A stretch of DNA of 64,000 nt from Bacillota bacterium (GTDB lineage Bacteria; Bacillota; DTU025): NCBI GenBank assembly GCA_050951805.1, contig JBMNJT010000002.1, positions 416,001 to 480,000 of the forward strand, given 5' to 3'. Below the pieces are notes generated by a model. The model was given only the letters and a program-made list of their open reading frames with translations, was not told where the DNA came from and ran no database searches. The position numbers and the translations under genes are program-made. Positions 62,556-64,000 of the stretch are shown one piece after another (within the stretch, counting starts at the first letter, position 1; every line of letters starts with the position of its first letter).

Positions 62556-62807
62556 CTACTCGAACGATCCGCCCCAATCGTAATCATCGTCTTCTTCGTC
62601 GGTCGTATCTTCCCAGTCGAAATCCCAAGAGTCACTGTCGAAATCTGTGGACTCAGTGTCGTCTTCGTCGTAGTCCCAGGTTTCCGTTTCCTCAAAATCG
62701 TTGTCCAGGATGTCCTCTTCGGGCTCTTCTTTCTTGCCGCAGCCGACGAGCGACAACGACAGCAGGACTACCAGGAACAATGCGAGCAGCCTACTCAGCC
62801 TTTTCAT
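62556..62807 (-). CDS. Small, very acidic lipoprotein (83 aa)
   Basis: Lipobox LVG|C at residue 23; purine-rich RBS AAGGGA; own terminator; 31 of the 60 residues after Cys are D/E. Confidence 0.8.
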   Translation of the reverse strand: MKRLSRLLALFLVVLLSLSLVGCGKKEEPEEDILDNDFEETETWDYDEDDTESTDFDSDSWDFDWEDTTDEEDDDYDWGGSFE

Positions 62808-63062
62808 GACAATCTTCCCTTTCCAGACATGTGTAATGAGTCGAAATTAGGAGTAGCCTCCTACTCTATAACTAATAATACTACTATGGACTTATTTGTG
62901 AAGAGCTAAGTTTACATATTACCTAGGGTTTTGTCTGGAAGGTCAGAAAGATGAGCATTTTAGCCGCTAAAAGCAGGATGGCCAGTCTCTGCACCAGAGG
63001 AATTGGATTATAATAAAGCATGGAGTCGCGTGCTTTACAAGGAAAAGTATGGTGTTGGAGAG

Positions 63063-64000
63063 ATGAAAGTGCAAAACGATGAGAAAGAGCTATTGCTGAA
63101 AAACGGACAAATTCTAGCTATTGACGAACCGAACCTCCAGGGCGACGCAATACTCGTTCGCAACGGCAGAATAGCTTACGTTGGCGCGGAAGAAGGGGCA
63201 TTTTCGCGATGCCATGGTAGACCAGAGGTTATTGACCTTGAAGGCCGGGCCGTTGCGCCGGGCTTTGTGGAATCACACATGCATCCGTCCATATTGGCCG
63301 GAATGATGCTCGATGTGGATTGCACATACCCTTCTGTGAAATCTGTGGCCGATATTGTCGATAAGATTGCAGAACGCGTAGATGAGACCCCGAAGGGCGG
63401 ATGGGTTCGTGGGTGGGGATACGACGACAGTAAACTGGAGGAACGCGTGCATCCGACTAGATGGGATCTGGACAAGGTTTCGCCTGACAACCCGGTCTAT
63501 ATAAGGAGGACTTGTGTACACATGGGCGTTGCCAACAGTCTCGCGCTGAGGCTGTCTGGAATAACGGCGGATACGCCTGATCCTGAGGGAGGGCGGATCG
63601 ACCGCGATCCGGCCACTGGTGAACCCACTGGTTTGTTGATGGATCGTGCACAAGATCTGATAGCCATACCGCCGTACACCGATCAGGAAGTGGAACGCGG
63701 ATTCGCACTCGCTCTCGGGCAGTTGCCGAAGTGGGGGATAACAACAGTCCACGACATGCTCGTCGATGCGGACGCGTTCGCAACCTACCAAAGACTAGCT
63801 GAAAGCCATAGCTTGCCTGCTCGGGTCCGCGTGTGGCTTGAAGGCATCACTTTCGGGTCGCGGGATGCGGGGCTTATCCCCTTTGTTTTAGGATCCGGAC
63901 TCAAGAGCGGGTATGGAAACGACATGTTGAAGTTCATGGGCGTAAAATTCATCCTGGATGGCAGCATAGGCGGGTGTTCGGCAGCTGTGGAAGAGGATTA
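63063..64000 (+). CDS. Amidohydrolase-3 (YtcJ-like), runs off the window end
   Basis: MKVQNDEKELLLKNGQI...IDLEGRAVAPGFVESHMH, GWGYD, NSLAL, GEPTGLL, GITT, KFILDGSIG. Confidence 0.9.
   Translation, partial: MKVQNDEKELLLKNGQILAIDEPNLQGDAILVRNGRIAYVGAEEGAFSRCHGRPEVIDLEGRAVAPGFVESHMHPSILAGMMLDVDCTYPSVKSVADIVDKIAERVDETPKGGWVRGWGYDDSKLEERVHPTRWDLDKVSPDNPVYIRRTCVHMGVANSLALRLSGITADTPDPEGGRIDRDPATGEPTGLLMDRAQDLIAIPPYTDQEVERGFALALGQLPKWGITTVHDMLVDADAFATYQRLAESHSLPARVRVWLEGITFGSRDAGLIPFVLGSGLKSGYGNDMLKFMGVKFILDGSIGGCSAAVEED

Noticed and set aside
1-64000. CRISPR arrays, tRNA/rRNA, prophage or anti-phage defence genes
   Set aside because: None recognised; the lone ADP-ribosylglycohydrolase has no adjacent transferase or toxin gene

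Overview
Mostly metabolic and transport genes from an anaerobic bacterium, probably a diderm Bacillota/Firmicutes lineage (inferred from TolC-like proteins, solute-binding proteins without a lipobox, and sigma-A-type promoters). In order: an Opp-type ABC importer linked to a peptidoglycan amino-sugar recycling operon (murQ, BadF-type kinase, nagZ, anmK, murR, namZ); an ADP-ribosylglycohydrolase; an uncharacterised operon (two exported AstE/AspA-like deacylases, DUF6305-like protein, gamma-glutamyltransferase, DctM-like permease, 58-aa membrane protein); a sugar ABC importer whose binding protein has a nonsense codon; a CofE-like ligase and a blaI/blaR1-like pair sharing operator boxes; CapA-like and DUF2284-like genes; a MacAB-like exporter with two TolC-like genes and a two-component system; an ECF sigma/anti-sigma/ABC module; a GNAT. 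Next is a mobile-element pile-up on one phosphoesterase gene: an IS1182-like element at its RBS, an IS21 element with an apparent adjacent deletion, and an 865-nt ORF-less group II intron whose removal restores the reading frame. The window ends with radical SAM, C39-like peptidase, DMT and HAD genes, a Dpp ABC operon containing an M14 peptidase, a densely hairpinned ~300-nt intergenic region, a nitroreductase, a very acidic small lipoprotein and a partial amidohydrolase. No rRNA, tRNA or CRISPR array was seen. All family calls come from motif recognition, not database searches.
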